The notes beneath the pieces were generated by a model. That model worked only from the letters and a program-made list of their open reading frames with translations, did no database searches and was not told where the DNA came from. This document shows, in pieces, positions 35,541-46,862 of a stretch of 64,000 nt of DNA (position 1 is its first letter; each line of letters opens with the position of its first letter). The DNA comes from Dehalococcoidia bacterium. Lineage in GTDB: Bacteria > Chloroflexota > Dehalococcoidia > UBA2979. Position numbers and translations under genes: made by a program. The DNA lies in contig SHYR01000002.1 in the NCBI GenBank assembly GCA_009692705.1, forward strand, positions 20,568-84,567, written 5' to 3'.

Positions 35541-35589
35541 CCACTTCTTCTTTCCGGCCGGCCGGGCGCCGCGACCGCTGGGGTAGGCC

Positions 35590-36417
35590 GTGGCCGAGTC
35601 GGTGGCGCTGATCGTCCTCGGTCTGGCGGCGGGCACGTTCGGTACGCTCGTCGGCTCCGGCGGCGGCTTCATCCTCGTGCCGGTGCTGCTGCTCGCGTAC
35701 CCCGGCCGCGAGGCCTCCACCATCACCGCGATGTCGCTGCTGGTGGTGTTCGCCAACGCCGCCTCCGGCGCGGCGGCGTACGGTTGGCAGCGGCGCATCG
35801 ATCTCCGCAGCGGCGGCTGGTTCGCGCTCGCCACGCTGCCCGGCGCGGTCGCGGGCGCGCTGCTGGTGCACCTGCTGCCGCGGCGAGGCTTCGACGCGCT
35901 GTTCGCGGCCGTGCTGGGCCTCGCCGGCGCCTACCTGCTCGCGCGCCGCCGCTCCGCGCTGATCCGCGAGCCGCTGGCCGGACGGGGCGTGGTCACGCGC
36001 ACGATGCGCGACCGCGAGGGCTACAGCTACGTCTACCGCTACCGGCTCTGGCAGGGGATGGTGCTGAGCACCGGCGTGGGCTTCCTCTCCAGCCTGCTCG
36101 GCATCGGCGGGGGCATCGTGCACGTGCCGATCATGGTGCTAGTGCTGCGCTTCCCGGTGCACATCGCGGTCGCCACCAGCCAGTTCGTGCTGGCGCTGAC
36201 CGCGCTGCAGGGCACCGCGGTGCACCTCGCCAGCGGCTCGCTGGCGCACGGCGGCGCCGCCCCGGATGCCGCGCTGCTGGCGCTGGGCGTGGTGCCGGGC
36301 GCGCAACTGGGGGCGCGGCTGGCGGCGCGCCTGCGCGGCGAGACGATCGTGCGCGTGCTCGCGGTCGCGCTGCTGCTGGCCGCCGCTCGCCTCGCGCTTG
36401 CCGGCGTGCTCGGCTGA
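35590..36417 (+). CDS. TauE/SafE (TSUP) family anion exporter
   Basis: 275 aa, ~8 TM helices, duplicated GxGGG motifs (LVGSGGGFILVP and LLGIGGGIVHVP). Confidence 0.8.
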   Translation: MAESVALIVLGLAAGTFGTLVGSGGGFILVPVLLLAYPGREASTITAMSLLVVFANAASGAAAYGWQRRIDLRSGGWFALATLPGAVAGALLVHLLPRRGFDALFAAVLGLAGAYLLARRRSALIREPLAGRGVVTRTMRDREGYSYVYRYRLWQGMVLSTGVGFLSSLLGIGGGIVHVPIMVLVLRFPVHIAVATSQFVLALTALQGTAVHLASGSLAHGGAAPDAALLALGVVPGAQLGARLAARLRGETIVRVLAVALLLAAARLALAGVLG

Positions 36418-36559
36418 CGAATCGCACCGCCGTCGCGAGGATCAGGGCGTTCGCCCGCCGGGATCAGGGGATTCCCCGACCATCGCGCCTGCGGCGCGGA
36501 CCACACTGGTGCTCACACCAGCAGTGGCCGCCCGCATGGCGGCACCGGGAGGAATCGAC

Positions 36560-36892
36560 ATGAACAAGGCACAGGCGATCGCGGATCTCTCGCTCCAGCT
36601 GTCGGCCGTCACGACGATCGAGCGCACGCAGGAGATCATCCGCCGTGCCATCCGCGCTGCGGGCCTCTCCAACAGCGCGGTGGTGGACGAGGCGGGCATG
36701 CAGGCGCTGCTCGAGGTGATCGCCGCCGAGGGCGGGGCGATCCAGCAGCTCGCGGAGCAGCTGGCGGTGCAGGGCACACGCGGCAGCGGCGGCTCCACGA
36801 GCAAGACCGCCGCCCCGGCCCGCTCCCACGGGTGCGCACTGGCGCGCCGTGCGGTGGGCCGCCGATTCCAGCGCGCTACAATCGAAGCGTGA
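36560..36892 (+). CDS. Small hypothetical protein; its stop overlaps the uvrC GTG (GTGA)
   Basis: The ATG at 36560 has GGGAGG 7 nt upstream. The N-terminal ~75 aa look helical (MNKAQAIADLSLQLSAVTTIERTQEIIRRAIRAAGL…IQQLAEQLAVQG). The C-terminal 35 aa are Arg/Ala-rich and may not be genuine coding sequence. Confidence 0.45.
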   Translation: MNKAQAIADLSLQLSAVTTIERTQEIIRRAIRAAGLSNSAVVDEAGMQALLEVIAAEGGAIQQLAEQLAVQGTRGSGGSTSKTAAPARSHGCALARRAVGRRFQRATIEA

Positions 36893-38790
36893 CCGATTCC
36901 GCTGTGCTGCAGCAGGCGCGGGCGCTCCCGGAGCGCCCGGGGGTCTACCTGCTGCGGGACGGCCGCGGCGACGTGCTCTACATCGGCAAGGCGAAGCGCC
37001 TGCGCGCCCGCGTGCGCTCCTATTTCGGCGCCGGGCGCAGCCTCGAGCCCCGCCTGCACGCGCTGGTCGGGCAAGTCCAGACCATCGATCACGTGGTGAC
37101 GGCGACGGAAGCGGAGGCGCTGCACCTCGAGGCCTCGCTCGTGAAGCGGCACCAGCCGGTCTTCAACGTCCGGCTCAAGGACGACAAGCACTACCCGTAT
37201 CTCAAGGTCGACGTCCAGAACGACTGGCCGCGCGTCACGATTACCCGTCGCGTGGAGCGCGACGGCGCGCGCTACTTCGGCCCATACGCCTCCGCCGGCT
37301 CGGTGCGCAGCGCGCTGGACGTGGTGAAGAAGCTCTTCCCCTGGCGGTCCTGCACGAAGCCGATCACCGGCACCGACCCGCGCCCCTGCCTCGACTACTA
37401 CATCAAGCGCTGCATCGCGCCCTGCACCTCCTACTGCACGCGCGAGGAGTACGACGCCGTGATCGGTCAGACCCTCCTCTTCCTGGAGGGCCGCAGCGAC
37501 GAGGTGCTGCGCCACGCCGAGCAGGAGATGCGCGCCGCCGCCGAGGCGCTGGAGTTCGAGCGCGCGGCGCGCCTGCGCGACCAGGCGCAGTCGATCCGCC
37601 GCGTGGTCGAACGCCAGCGCATGGCGACCACCACGCCGCTGGACGCCGATGTCTTCGCGCTCGCGCGCGAGGGGAACGAGGCCTGCGTGCAGGCGTTCTT
37701 CGTGCGCGGCACCCAGGTGGCCGATACCGACTCCTTCACCCTCGATGGCACCGCCGAGGCCAGCGACCGCGAGGTGCTGGGCGCCTTCCTCGCGCAGTTC
37801 TACGAGTCCGCCACCTACGTCCCGCGCAGCGTGCTGCTATCCGGCGAGCCCGCGGACGCCGAGCAGCTGGGCGCGATGTTGCGCGAGCGCCGCGACGGTG
37901 CGGTCGACCTGCACGTGCCGGAGCGCGGCGAGCTGCGCGCGCTGGTGGCCGCCGCCGAGCTGAACGCCCGTGAGGCGCTGGCGATGCAGCACACGCGCTG
38001 GCTGGCGGACCGCGACAAGACCCACGCCGCGCTGGCGTTGCTGCAGGAGGAGCTGGACCTCACCGCTCCACCCGCCCGCATCGAGTGCTACGACATCTCG
38101 ACCACCCAGGGCACGAACACCGTCGCCTCGATGGTGGTGTTCCGCGACGGCATGCCGGTCAGCAGCGAGTACCGGCGCTTCCGCATCACCACCGTGGAGG
38201 GCCAGGACGACTTCGCCGCCATGCGCGAGGTGCTGGCGCGCCGCTTCAAGCGCATCGCCGCTCGCCGCCGCCGTGAGCTCGCGGCCGTGGCCGTCGCCGC
38301 TTCCGCCGAGGGGCCTGCCTCCCCGCAGGCGTCCCAGCCGCCGGAGTCGCCGTCGCCGTGGGACGCGTTGCCCGACCTCGTGATCATCGACGGCGGCAAG
38401 GGCCAGCTGGGGGCGGCGCTGGACGTGATGCGGGATCTCGGCCTGCGCGACGTGCCGGTGTGCGGGCTGGCCAAGCGCGAGGAGGAGATCTTCGTGCAGG
38501 ACGTGGACGAGCCGATCCGGCTGCCACGCGCCTCGGAGGCGCTCTACCTCGTGCAGCGGGTGCGCGACGAGGCGCACCGCTTCGCGATCACCTACCACCG
38601 GCAGCTGCGCGGCAAGGCGGCGCAGCGCTCCGTGCTGGACGCCATCACCGGCATCGGCCCGAAGCGCAAGCGCGCGCTGCTGCGCAAGTTCGGCTCCGTG
38701 CGCGCGGTGCGCGAGGCCCCCGTCGAGGAGATCGCGGCCACGGTCGGATTCACGCGGCGGCTCGCGGAGACCGTCAAGCGCTCGCTCTAG
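36889..38790 (+). CDS. uvrC: Excinuclease ABC subunit C
   Basis: GIY-YIG ([26 protein letters not shown]), UVR domain ([11 protein letters not shown]), Endo-V-like and C-terminal (HhH)2 regions. Start at the GTG at 36889. Confidence 0.9.
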   Translation: MTDSAVLQQARALPERPGVYLLRDGRGDVLYIGKAKRLRARVRSYFGAGRSLEPRLHALVGQVQTIDHVVTATEAEALHLEASLVKRHQPVFNVRLKDDKHYPYLKVDVQNDWPRVTITRRVERDGARYFGPYASAGSVRSALDVVKKLFPWRSCTKPITGTDPRPCLDYYIKRCIAPCTSYCTREEYDAVIGQTLLFLEGRSDEVLRHAEQEMRAAAEALEFERAARLRDQAQSIRRVVERQRMATTTPLDADVFALAREGNEACVQAFFVRGTQVADTDSFTLDGTAEASDREVLGAFLAQFYESATYVPRSVLLSGEPADAEQLGAMLRERRDGAVDLHVPERGELRALVAAAELNAREALAMQHTRWLADRDKTHAALALLQEELDLTAPPARIECYDISTTQGTNTVASMVVFRDGMPVSSEYRRFRITTVEGQDDFAAMREVLARRFKRIAARRRRELAAVAVAASAEGPASPQASQPPESPSPWDALPDLVIIDGGKGQLGAALDVMRDLGLRDVPVCGLAKREEEIFVQDVDEPIRLPRASEALYLVQRVRDEAHRFAITYHRQLRGKAAQRSVLDAITGIGPKRKRALLRKFGSVRAVREAPVEEIAATVGFTRRLAETVKRSL

Positions 38791-38806
38791 GGGGGACGGA
38801 GGCCGC

Positions 38807-39484
38807 ATGGCCGGCCGCGAGCCGACCCCCGCCGAGCGCATGCTGCTCCGCGTCGCCAGGCAGGTGCGCGACCAGCGTGTGCTGGCGGCGATGCGCGCCG
38901 TGTCCCGCGAATCCTTCGTGCCGGAGCACCTGCGGGCCAGCGCCTATGCCGACATCCCGCTCCCGATCGGCGAGCGGCAGACGATCTCCCAGCCGGTGAT
39001 GGTCGGCCTGATGGCGGAGGCGCTCGCGCTCACCGGCACCGAGCGCGTGCTGGAGATCGGCACCGGCTCGGGCTATCAGGCCGCCGTCCTGGCACGGCTC
39101 GCGCGCGAGGTGATCACGGTCGAGCGCATCGACGCGCTGCGCGAGCGGGCCTAGCGCACCCTGCGGGCACTCGGCGTGGGCAACGTGCGTTGCCTGCCGG
39201 CCGGCGCGGTGCTGGGCGCCCCCGAGCAGGCGCCCTACGACGTGATCGTGGTGACCGCGGCCGCCCCCGTGGTCCCGCCCTCGCTGCTCCAGCAGCTTGC
39301 GCCGGGCGGTCGCATCGTGGTTCCGGTTGGCAGTCGCCATGAGCAGGAGCTGGTGGTGGCGACCCGCACCGGGCAGGGTCTCAAGCAGCGCACGATCACG
39401 CGCTGCGCCTTCGTCCCGCTGATTGGCGCGGAGGGCTTTCCCGCCGATCCCCGTGACGATGACGGCCGGCGCACGGGAGCATGA
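38807..39484 (+). pseudogene. pcm: Protein-L-isoaspartate O-methyltransferase interrupted by an in-frame TAG at 39152-39154
   Basis: ORFs 38807..39154 and 39176..39484 are in the same phase. Read through, they give …[19 protein letters not shown]…[48 protein letters not shown]…APYDVIVVTAAAPVVPPSLLQQLAPGGRIVVPVG…, a contiguous PCM. Confidence 0.8.
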
Positions 39485-39600
39485 TCGCGCCCGGCGCGCA
39501 CGTGCCCTGCGCGGGGCCAGCCACTGGACGCGTGTGTATACTGCGCGCGCGCTCGGGAGGGGTCCGGCCCCGTCCACAGCGCCGGGCGGGGGAGGCGTCG

Positions 39601-40530
39601 ATGGAAGAGCGGGTCGAGGCTTTCCTCCACTACATGTCGGCGGAGCGCGGCGCGTCGAAGAACACCACCGATGCCTATCGCATCGACCTCCGAGGGTTCC
39701 GGGGCTTCGCGCAACAGCACGGTGTCAACGGCGCCCGCTCCGGTCCGGCGATCGACCGCGGCCTGATCCTGGCGTATATCGGCTGGCTCAACGACTGGCG
39801 CGACCAGAAGGACGACAAGCCTTACGCGAAGGCGACCTTGGCGCGCAAGGTCGCGGCCGTGAAATCGTTCTGTGCCTTCCTGCTCGACCACGGCGATCTC
39901 ACCAGCAACCCCACCGCTGCGATCTCCTCGCCGCGCGCGCCCAAGCCCGTGCCGAAGCCGATGTCGACGCAGGAGGTGGATCGCTTGCTGCGGGAGCCGC
40001 TGCACCACGGCACCCCGGAAGCAATTCGCGACGCCTCCATGCTGGAGTTGATGTACGCCACCGGGATGCGCGTCACCGAGCTGGTCTCGCTGAATCTGGA
40101 TTCGCTGCACCTATACCCCCCGCCGGCTTATGTTCGCTGCCTCGGCAAGGGCGCGAAGGAGCGCACGCTCCCGGTCTATGAGCAGGCCACGCTCGCGGTC
40201 GAGCGCTACCTGGACGACGCGCGCCCGGCGCTGCTCAAGCAGCGCACGCAGGTGGCGCTCTTCGTCAACCGTCGCGGCGAGCGACTCACGCGCCAGGGCT
40301 TCTGGCTGATCCTGAAGAACTACGCGCGCGCGGCTGGCGTCGACGAGCGCGTCACGCCGCACACGCTGCGCCACTCGTTTGCCACCCACATGCTGCGCGG
40401 CGGGGCGTCGGTGCGCGACGTGCAGGAGTTGCTCGGCCACGCCAACGTCTCCACCACGCAGGTCTACACTCAGCTCGCCGACGAGCACCTGCGCGACGTG
40501 TACCAGCAGGTCCACCCGCGCGCGAGCTGA
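39601..40530 (+). CDS. xerD: Tyrosine site-specific recombinase XerC/XerD
   Basis: N-terminal SAM-like domain ([23 protein letters not shown]). Catalytic residues in [15 protein letters not shown]…, [12 protein letters not shown] and [17 protein letters not shown] at 39601. The choice between C and D is not resolved. Confidence 0.85.
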   Translation: MEERVEAFLHYMSAERGASKNTTDAYRIDLRGFRGFAQQHGVNGARSGPAIDRGLILAYIGWLNDWRDQKDDKPYAKATLARKVAAVKSFCAFLLDHGDLTSNPTAAISSPRAPKPVPKPMSTQEVDRLLREPLHHGTPEAIRDASMLELMYATGMRVTELVSLNLDSLHLYPPPAYVRCLGKGAKERTLPVYEQATLAVERYLDDARPALLKQRTQVALFVNRRGERLTRQGFWLILKNYARAAGVDERVTPHTLRHSFATHMLRGGASVRDVQELLGHANVSTTQVYTQLADEHLRDVYQQVHPRAS

Positions 40531-40556
40531 GGCGGCGGCGCAGCGGGCGTCCGTGA

Positions 40557-41945
<1,389 letters not shown>

Positions 41946-41955
41946 CGCCGCGCCG

Positions 41956-42894
41956 ATGACCAACCACGACGGCCCGGGCGACGAGCACGACCCGCTGTCG
42001 ATGGCGGGCCGCGAGTTACCGCTCCTCGATCCCCCGCAGCGCGTCTCAGGCATGCGCGTGCCCGCCGCGTGGACGCTGCCGGAGCGGCCGGAGGGGCTCT
42101 CGCCCGCCGCCGCCGACGCCTGGCGCCAGAGCGGGTTCCTGCTCGCCGCCGACCTGCGCCTGCTGGCGCAGAGCCTCGATCTGCAACTGCGCATGGCGGC
42201 CACCGGCTACACGCCGCGCGCGCGCACGATGGCGATGGCGGCCTACGCCTCGCTCTGGAGCCGCGCCTTTTCCAGCCTCGCCGACGCCGCGCCGCTGGTG
42301 CGGCAGGGCTCCTACCAGAGCGCCCTGCCGCTGCTGCGCCAGGCCGTCGAGCTGGTGGCGGCGCAGGCGGGGCTCGTCGCTGATCTCGATCTCTTCAAGA
42401 CGTGGGCGCACCGTGCCTACGCCCGCGACCCCGCGAGCCGCGCCGAGGAGGTCGGGCTGGGCCGCTACTTCTCCGGCGAGTCGATCGCCGGCGACGAGCA
42501 GCTGCGCCTGATCTACCGCGCCGCCAGCGACCTCGGCCGCCCTAACTTCGGGCCCACCGCGCTCTTCGTCGCCGCCGACGCCACTCACGAGCGCTACCCG
42601 CTGATCTTCGCCGATCAGGCCTTCCATCTCGGCTGGGCGCAGCTGCTGCTCGGCTGGCAGCTGCGCATCGGCGTCGCGCAGCTGCACGTGGCGATGCACG
42701 CGCCGCAGCACTTCCCGGCGCTGCAGCCGCTGCGCGACGAGGTGACGGCGCACGCCGTCGCCGTCGATGGGTCGCTGGCCGACCCCGCCCGCTGCGCCGT
42801 GCAGGAACACACGGATGGGGATGGGCGCCGGCGGCACCTGCTTGTCGGCTTCCGTCGCCGTCCCGCGGACGCGGCGAAGCGGCTGCTGCTCTAG
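41956..42894 (+). CDS. Hypothetical protein (312 aa), no family recognised
   Basis: A clean ORF with host-like codon usage, wedged 10 nt after eno and ~90 nt before gap. It appears largely helical, with no TM or signal peptide and no motif I can name. Confidence 0.6.
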   Translation: MTNHDGPGDEHDPLSMAGRELPLLDPPQRVSGMRVPAAWTLPERPEGLSPAAADAWRQSGFLLAADLRLLAQSLDLQLRMAATGYTPRARTMAMAAYASLWSRAFSSLADAAPLVRQGSYQSALPLLRQAVELVAAQAGLVADLDLFKTWAHRAYARDPASRAEEVGLGRYFSGESIAGDEQLRLIYRAASDLGRPNFGPTALFVAADATHERYPLIFADQAFHLGWAQLLLGWQLRIGVAQLHVAMHAPQHFPALQPLRDEVTAHAVAVDGSLADPARCAVQEHTDGDGRRRHLLVGFRRRPADAAKRLLL

Positions 42895-42981
42895 CCGGTC
42901 CGTGCGCCGGGGACTCGCGGCTGGCGCGGCGCGCGCTAAGATCTGGTCACTCCCTCGGGGGATTGCGACGGGAGGCACGCC

Positions 42982-43995
42982 ATGACGCTCAGGGTCGGGA
43001 TCAACGGGTTCGGCCGCACGGGCCGCACGGCCTTCCGCGCCTGGTGGGAGCAGCGGAGGGGCGACTTCGAGATCGTCGCCATCAACCGCGGCCCGGTGGG
43101 CATTCGCACCCACCTGCTGCGTCATGATTCCGACTACGGCCGCTTCCCGGCCGAGATCGTGGACCTCGCCCACTCCTTCAAGGTGGACGGGCACGAGGTC
43201 GCGGTCTTCAACGCCGACGACCCCGCAGCGATCCCGTGGCGGGATGCCGGTGTCGACCTCGTGATCGAGTCGACCGGCCAGTTCCGCGACCGCAAGAGCG
43301 CGGCCGTGCACCTGCACGACGGTGTGCGGAAGGTCGTGATCTCGGCGCCTGCGAAGGGCGTCGACTGGACCGTGATCATGGGCGCGAACGACGAGCAGTA
43401 CCGCCCCGCGGAGCACGCCGTGATCTCCGCGGGCTCCTGCACTACCAACTGCGTGGTTCTGGCGGTGAAGGTGTTGAACGACGCCTTCGGTGTGCGGCGC
43501 GGCTTCATGACCACGATCCACTCCTACACCGGCGACCAGAACCTCGTCGACAACTCGCACAAGGATCTGCGCCGCGCCCGCGCCGCCGCGCTCAACATCG
43601 TGCCGACGTCCTCCGGCGCTTCCGAGGCCGTGGGCCAGATCATCCCCGCGCTCGCCGGGAAGTTCGATGGCCTCGCGTACCGTGTGCCGACGCCCACCGT
43701 CTCCGTGCTCGATCTCGTGACCGACCTGCGCGACTCGCCCTCGGTTGGCGCGATCAACGAGGCCTACCTCGCGGCCGCCGAGGGTTCGCTCAAGCGCTAC
43801 CTGCACTACGAGCGCGAGGAGCTGGTGTCGATGGACTTCAAGGGCCACCCAGCTTCGGCGATCCACGACGCCCCCTCAACGATGGTGCTCGACGGCGACA
43901 TGGCGAAGACGATGGCGTGGTATGACAACGAGTGGGGCTACTCTTCCCGTCTGGTCGATGTCTGCGCCATGATCGCGGAGCGCGGACTCGGCTAG
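42982..43995 (+). CDS. gap: Glyceraldehyde-3-phosphate dehydrogenase, type I
   Basis: INGFGRTGR, SCTTNC (catalytic Cys), WYDNEWGYS. Confidence 0.9.
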   Translation: MTLRVGINGFGRTGRTAFRAWWEQRRGDFEIVAINRGPVGIRTHLLRHDSDYGRFPAEIVDLAHSFKVDGHEVAVFNADDPAAIPWRDAGVDLVIESTGQFRDRKSAAVHLHDGVRKVVISAPAKGVDWTVIMGANDEQYRPAEHAVISAGSCTTNCVVLAVKVLNDAFGVRRGFMTTIHSYTGDQNLVDNSHKDLRRARAAALNIVPTSSGASEAVGQIIPALAGKFDGLAYRVPTPTVSVLDLVTDLRDSPSVGAINEAYLAAAEGSLKRYLHYEREELVSMDFKGHPASAIHDAPSTMVLDGDMAKTMAWYDNEWGYSSRLVDVCAMIAERGLG

Positions 43996-44065
43996 CCCGC
44001 CGGCGCCGGCGCAGCGGCGCGCCGCGCGTTTGCCCGGCCCGCAGGGCGCTGCCTACACTCGGTCG

Positions 44066-45397
44066 ATGCTGGACGCCCTCTCCGAGCGACTGCAGGCCAC
44101 CTTCCGGCGGCTGGGGTCGCGCGGCAAGATCACCGAGGCCGACCTCGATGCGGCGCTGCGCGAAGTGCGCGTCGCGCTGCTGGAAGCGGACGTCAACCTC
44201 AAGGTCGTGCGCGACCTGATCGTGCGCGTGCGCGAGCGCGCGCTGGGCGCGGACGTGATGCGCTCCATCACCCCCGGCCAGCAGGTGATCGGCATCGTCC
44301 ACCGTGAGCTGGTGGAGGTGCTGGGCCACGACCAGGAGCCGCTGCGCCGTGCCGCGCAGCCGCCGACCGTGATCCTGCTGTGCGGGGTCAAGGGCTCCGG
44401 CAAGACCACCCTCGCCGCCCGCCTCGGCCTGCACCTCAAGCAGCAGGGCCAGCGCCCGCTGCTCGTCTCCACGGACTTCGAGCGCGTGGCCGGCGCCGAG
44501 CAGCTGCGCGTGCTCGGTGCGCAGATCGACGTCCCGGTCTACACCGAGGAGCGCCCCGCGCCGGCCGCTGCGGTCGGGAGCCGCGCGCTGGCGGAGGCGA
44601 AGCGCAGCGGCGCCACCGCGGTGGTGATCGACACCCGGGGCGCGGTCGCCTTCGACGACGCGCTGGCCGACGAGCTGGCTGCGCTGGCCGACGCGGTGGA
44701 CCCCACCGAGGTGCTGCTGGTGGTGGACGCGATGGCGGGCCAGGAGGCGGTCAACATCGCGCGCCAGTTCGACGAGGCGATCGAGGGCACCGGCATCGTC
44801 GTCACCAAGGTCGACTCCGACACCCGCGGCGGCGCGGTGCTCTCCGTGCGCGAGGTGACCGGTCTGCCGGTGAAGTTCATCACCACCGGCGAGCGGCTGG
44901 ACGCGCTCGAGAGCTTCTACCCGGACCGCTTCGCCTCGCGCGTGCTCGGCATGGGCGATGTCGTGACGCTGGTGGAGAAGGCGCAGCAGACGCTGGGGGA
45001 GCGCGACGCGAAGGAGGTCGCGCGGCGCGTGCGCAGCGGCGAGTTCGACCTCGAGGACTTCCTGCAACAGCTGCAGCAGGTGCAGAAGATGGGCCCACTG
45101 AGTGGGCTGCTGGAGATGATCCCCGGCATGGGCGGGATGCAGCAGCAGCTCAAGGGCCTCGACGCCGAGGGGATGTGGAAGCAGAGCGAGGCGATCATCT
45201 ACTCGATGACCGCGCAGGAGCGCCGGAGCCCGGAGCTGCTGAACGGCTCGCGGCGTCGCCGTGTCGCGCGCGGCTCCGGCACCACCCCGGCCGATGTGAA
45301 CCGGCTGCTGAACCAGTTCAAGGAGGCGAAGAAGCTGATGCAGGCAATGGCCACCGGCAAGGGGGCGGGCGCCCTCGGCCGCATCGTCGGGCGGTAG
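44066..45397 (+). CDS. ffh: Signal recognition particle protein Ffh
   Basis: N domain, G domain (GVKGSGKTT, DTRG, TKVDSDTRGG) and M domain (…GMGGMQQQLKG…). ATG at 44066. Confidence 0.9.
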   Translation: MLDALSERLQATFRRLGSRGKITEADLDAALREVRVALLEADVNLKVVRDLIVRVRERALGADVMRSITPGQQVIGIVHRELVEVLGHDQEPLRRAAQPPTVILLCGVKGSGKTTLAARLGLHLKQQGQRPLLVSTDFERVAGAEQLRVLGAQIDVPVYTEERPAPAAAVGSRALAEAKRSGATAVVIDTRGAVAFDDALADELAALADAVDPTEVLLVVDAMAGQEAVNIARQFDEAIEGTGIVVTKVDSDTRGGAVLSVREVTGLPVKFITTGERLDALESFYPDRFASRVLGMGDVVTLVEKAQQTLGERDAKEVARRVRSGEFDLEDFLQQLQQVQKMGPLSGLLEMIPGMGGMQQQLKGLDAEGMWKQSEAIIYSMTAQERRSPELLNGSRRRRVARGSGTTPADVNRLLNQFKEAKKLMQAMATGKGAGALGRIVGR

Positions 45398-45563
45398 CGG
45401 CGGGCGGGCAGCCAGCGGCCCCGCCTGCGTCCACCGGCCCGGTCCTGTACCATACGGGGCGACACGCCGGCGGGTGCCTCGGCGCTCGGGTTGCCTCACG
45501 AGCCGGGCGCGAACGCCACCCCTCGCCCACAGGACAGCGCCCCAGAGGACAGAGAAGGACCAG

Positions 45564-45872
45564 ATGCTCAGAATCCGCCTGCGCCGCACCGGCAAGAAGA
45601 AGCAGCCGACCTACCGCGTGGTGGTGGCAGACCAGAGATCGCCGCGCGACGGCGCGTTCGTGGAAGTGGTGGGGCAATACAACCCGCGCACCGAGCCCAG
45701 CACGCTCGTGCTGCAGGAGGAGCGCGTGAAGTACTGGCTCGAGCACGGCGCGCAGCCGTCCGAGACGGTGCACCGCCTGCTGCACGGCCGCGGCCTGATC
45801 GGCGAGCCGCCGAAGCGCCCGGCGGTGGCGGCGAAGGCGGAGCGCGTAGCCGCCGCGGGCGCGGCGGAGTAA
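45564..45872 (+). CDS. rpsP: 30S ribosomal protein S16
   Basis: MLRIRLRRTGKKKQPTYRVVVADQRSPRDGAFVEVVGQYNP… is canonical bS16, with a short C-terminal extension. Confidence 0.9.
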   Translation: MLRIRLRRTGKKKQPTYRVVVADQRSPRDGAFVEVVGQYNPRTEPSTLVLQEERVKYWLEHGAQPSETVHRLLHGRGLIGEPPKRPAVAAKAERVAAAGAAE

Positions 45873-45876
45873 CGCG

Positions 45877-46104
45877 ATGCAGGCACTGATCACGTACCTC
45901 GCGCGGGCGCTCGTCCGCCACCCAGACGATGTGCTGGTGGAGGAGGAGCAGGACGGCGACCGCGTCGTGCTGTACCTCTACGTGCACGAAGACGACAAGG
46001 GCCGCGTGATCGGCCGCGACGGCCGCATCGCCAGCGCCATGCGCTCGCTGCTGCACGTGGCCGCCACGCGCGCCGGGGTGCGGGCCGCGCTCGACATCGA
46101 GTAG
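45877..46104 (+). CDS. KH-domain RNA-binding protein (YlqC/UPF0109)
   Basis: …DDKGRVIGRDGRIASAMRSLL… (GxxG KH motif). 75 aa, in the usual position between rpsP and rimM. Confidence 0.85.
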   Translation: MQALITYLARALVRHPDDVLVEEEQDGDRVVLYLYVHEDDKGRVIGRDGRIASAMRSLLHVAATRAGVRAALDIE

Positions 46105-46120
46105 GGCCCCGGGCCGCCCC

Positions 46121-46639
46121 GTGGCCGGCGCCCGCGAGCCCGGCCGCCGTGTGGCGGTGGGGCGCTGCAACGGCGCGTGGGGATTGCGCGGCCACGTCAA
46201 GGTCACGCTGCTCACCACCAACCCCGACCGTTTCGCGCCCGGTGCGCTGCTGCTGGTGCGCGGCCGGCCGCGCCGCGTGCTCGAGCTGCGGTCGCAGTCC
46301 GGCGTGCCCTGCGTGCAGTTCGAGGGCTGCTTCGACCGCACCGCGGCCGAGGCGCTGCGCGGCGCGCTGATCGAGATCGACGAGGCCGATCTGCCGCCGC
46401 TACCGCCGGGCGAACACTACATCCATGACCTCGTCGGCCTCGATGTCGTCACCACCGCCGGCGCGGCGGTGGGGCGGCTGCACGAGGTGCTGCGCACCGG
46501 CGCCAACGACGTCTACGTGGTGCACGCCGCCGAGGGGCGCGAGGTGCTGGTGCCCGCCGTGTCCGAGGTGGTGATCGCGGTCGACCTCGAGTCCCGCCGC
46601 ATCGTGATCGAGCCGCTCGCTGGCATGCTGGACCGCTGA
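46121..46639 (+). CDS. rimM: 16S rRNA processing protein RimM
   Basis: VGRCNGAWGLRGHVKV… (N-terminal beta-barrel) and a PRC-barrel C-terminus (HDLVGLDVVTTAG…NDVYVV…EVLVPAV…). Confidence 0.85.
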   Translation: MAGAREPGRRVAVGRCNGAWGLRGHVKVTLLTTNPDRFAPGALLLVRGRPRRVLELRSQSGVPCVQFEGCFDRTAAEALRGALIEIDEADLPPLPPGEHYIHDLVGLDVVTTAGAAVGRLHEVLRTGANDVYVVHAAEGREVLVPAVSEVVIAVDLESRRIVIEPLAGMLDR

Positions 46640-46641
46640 CG

Positions 46642-46678
46642 CAGCGCGGCCACCGGCCACGCCGCGGCCGCGCTGTTT
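46642..46678 (+). terminator. Hairpin terminator after rimM
   Basis: CAGCGCGGCC-14 nt-GGCCGCGCTG followed by TTT, 3 nt after the rimM stop. Confidence 0.55.
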
Positions 46679-46706
46679 GCGGTCGAGCGCGGGCGATTCC
46701 TATACT
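46677..46706 (+). promoter_or_regulatory. Candidate promoter for tRNA-Ala: TTGCGG-18 nt-TATACT
   Basis: The hexamers were read directly. The -10 element ends ~21 nt before the tRNA 5' end. Confidence 0.4.
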
Positions 46707-46727
46707 CGTCGTGCTCCGTCTGGCGCT

Positions 46728-46803
<76 letters not shown>

Positions 46804-46862
46804 GCCCCTTGCGTAGCCCGTCCGCAACGCCAGCCGCTCGCGCCGTGCCCGGCGAGAGGAGC

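Noticed and set aside
39601-40530. The tyrosine recombinase as a marker of an integrated mobile element.
   Set aside because: The sequence has the XerC/XerD pattern. It sits among uvrC, pcm and eno, with no flanking direct repeats, no tRNA attachment site and no cargo genes.
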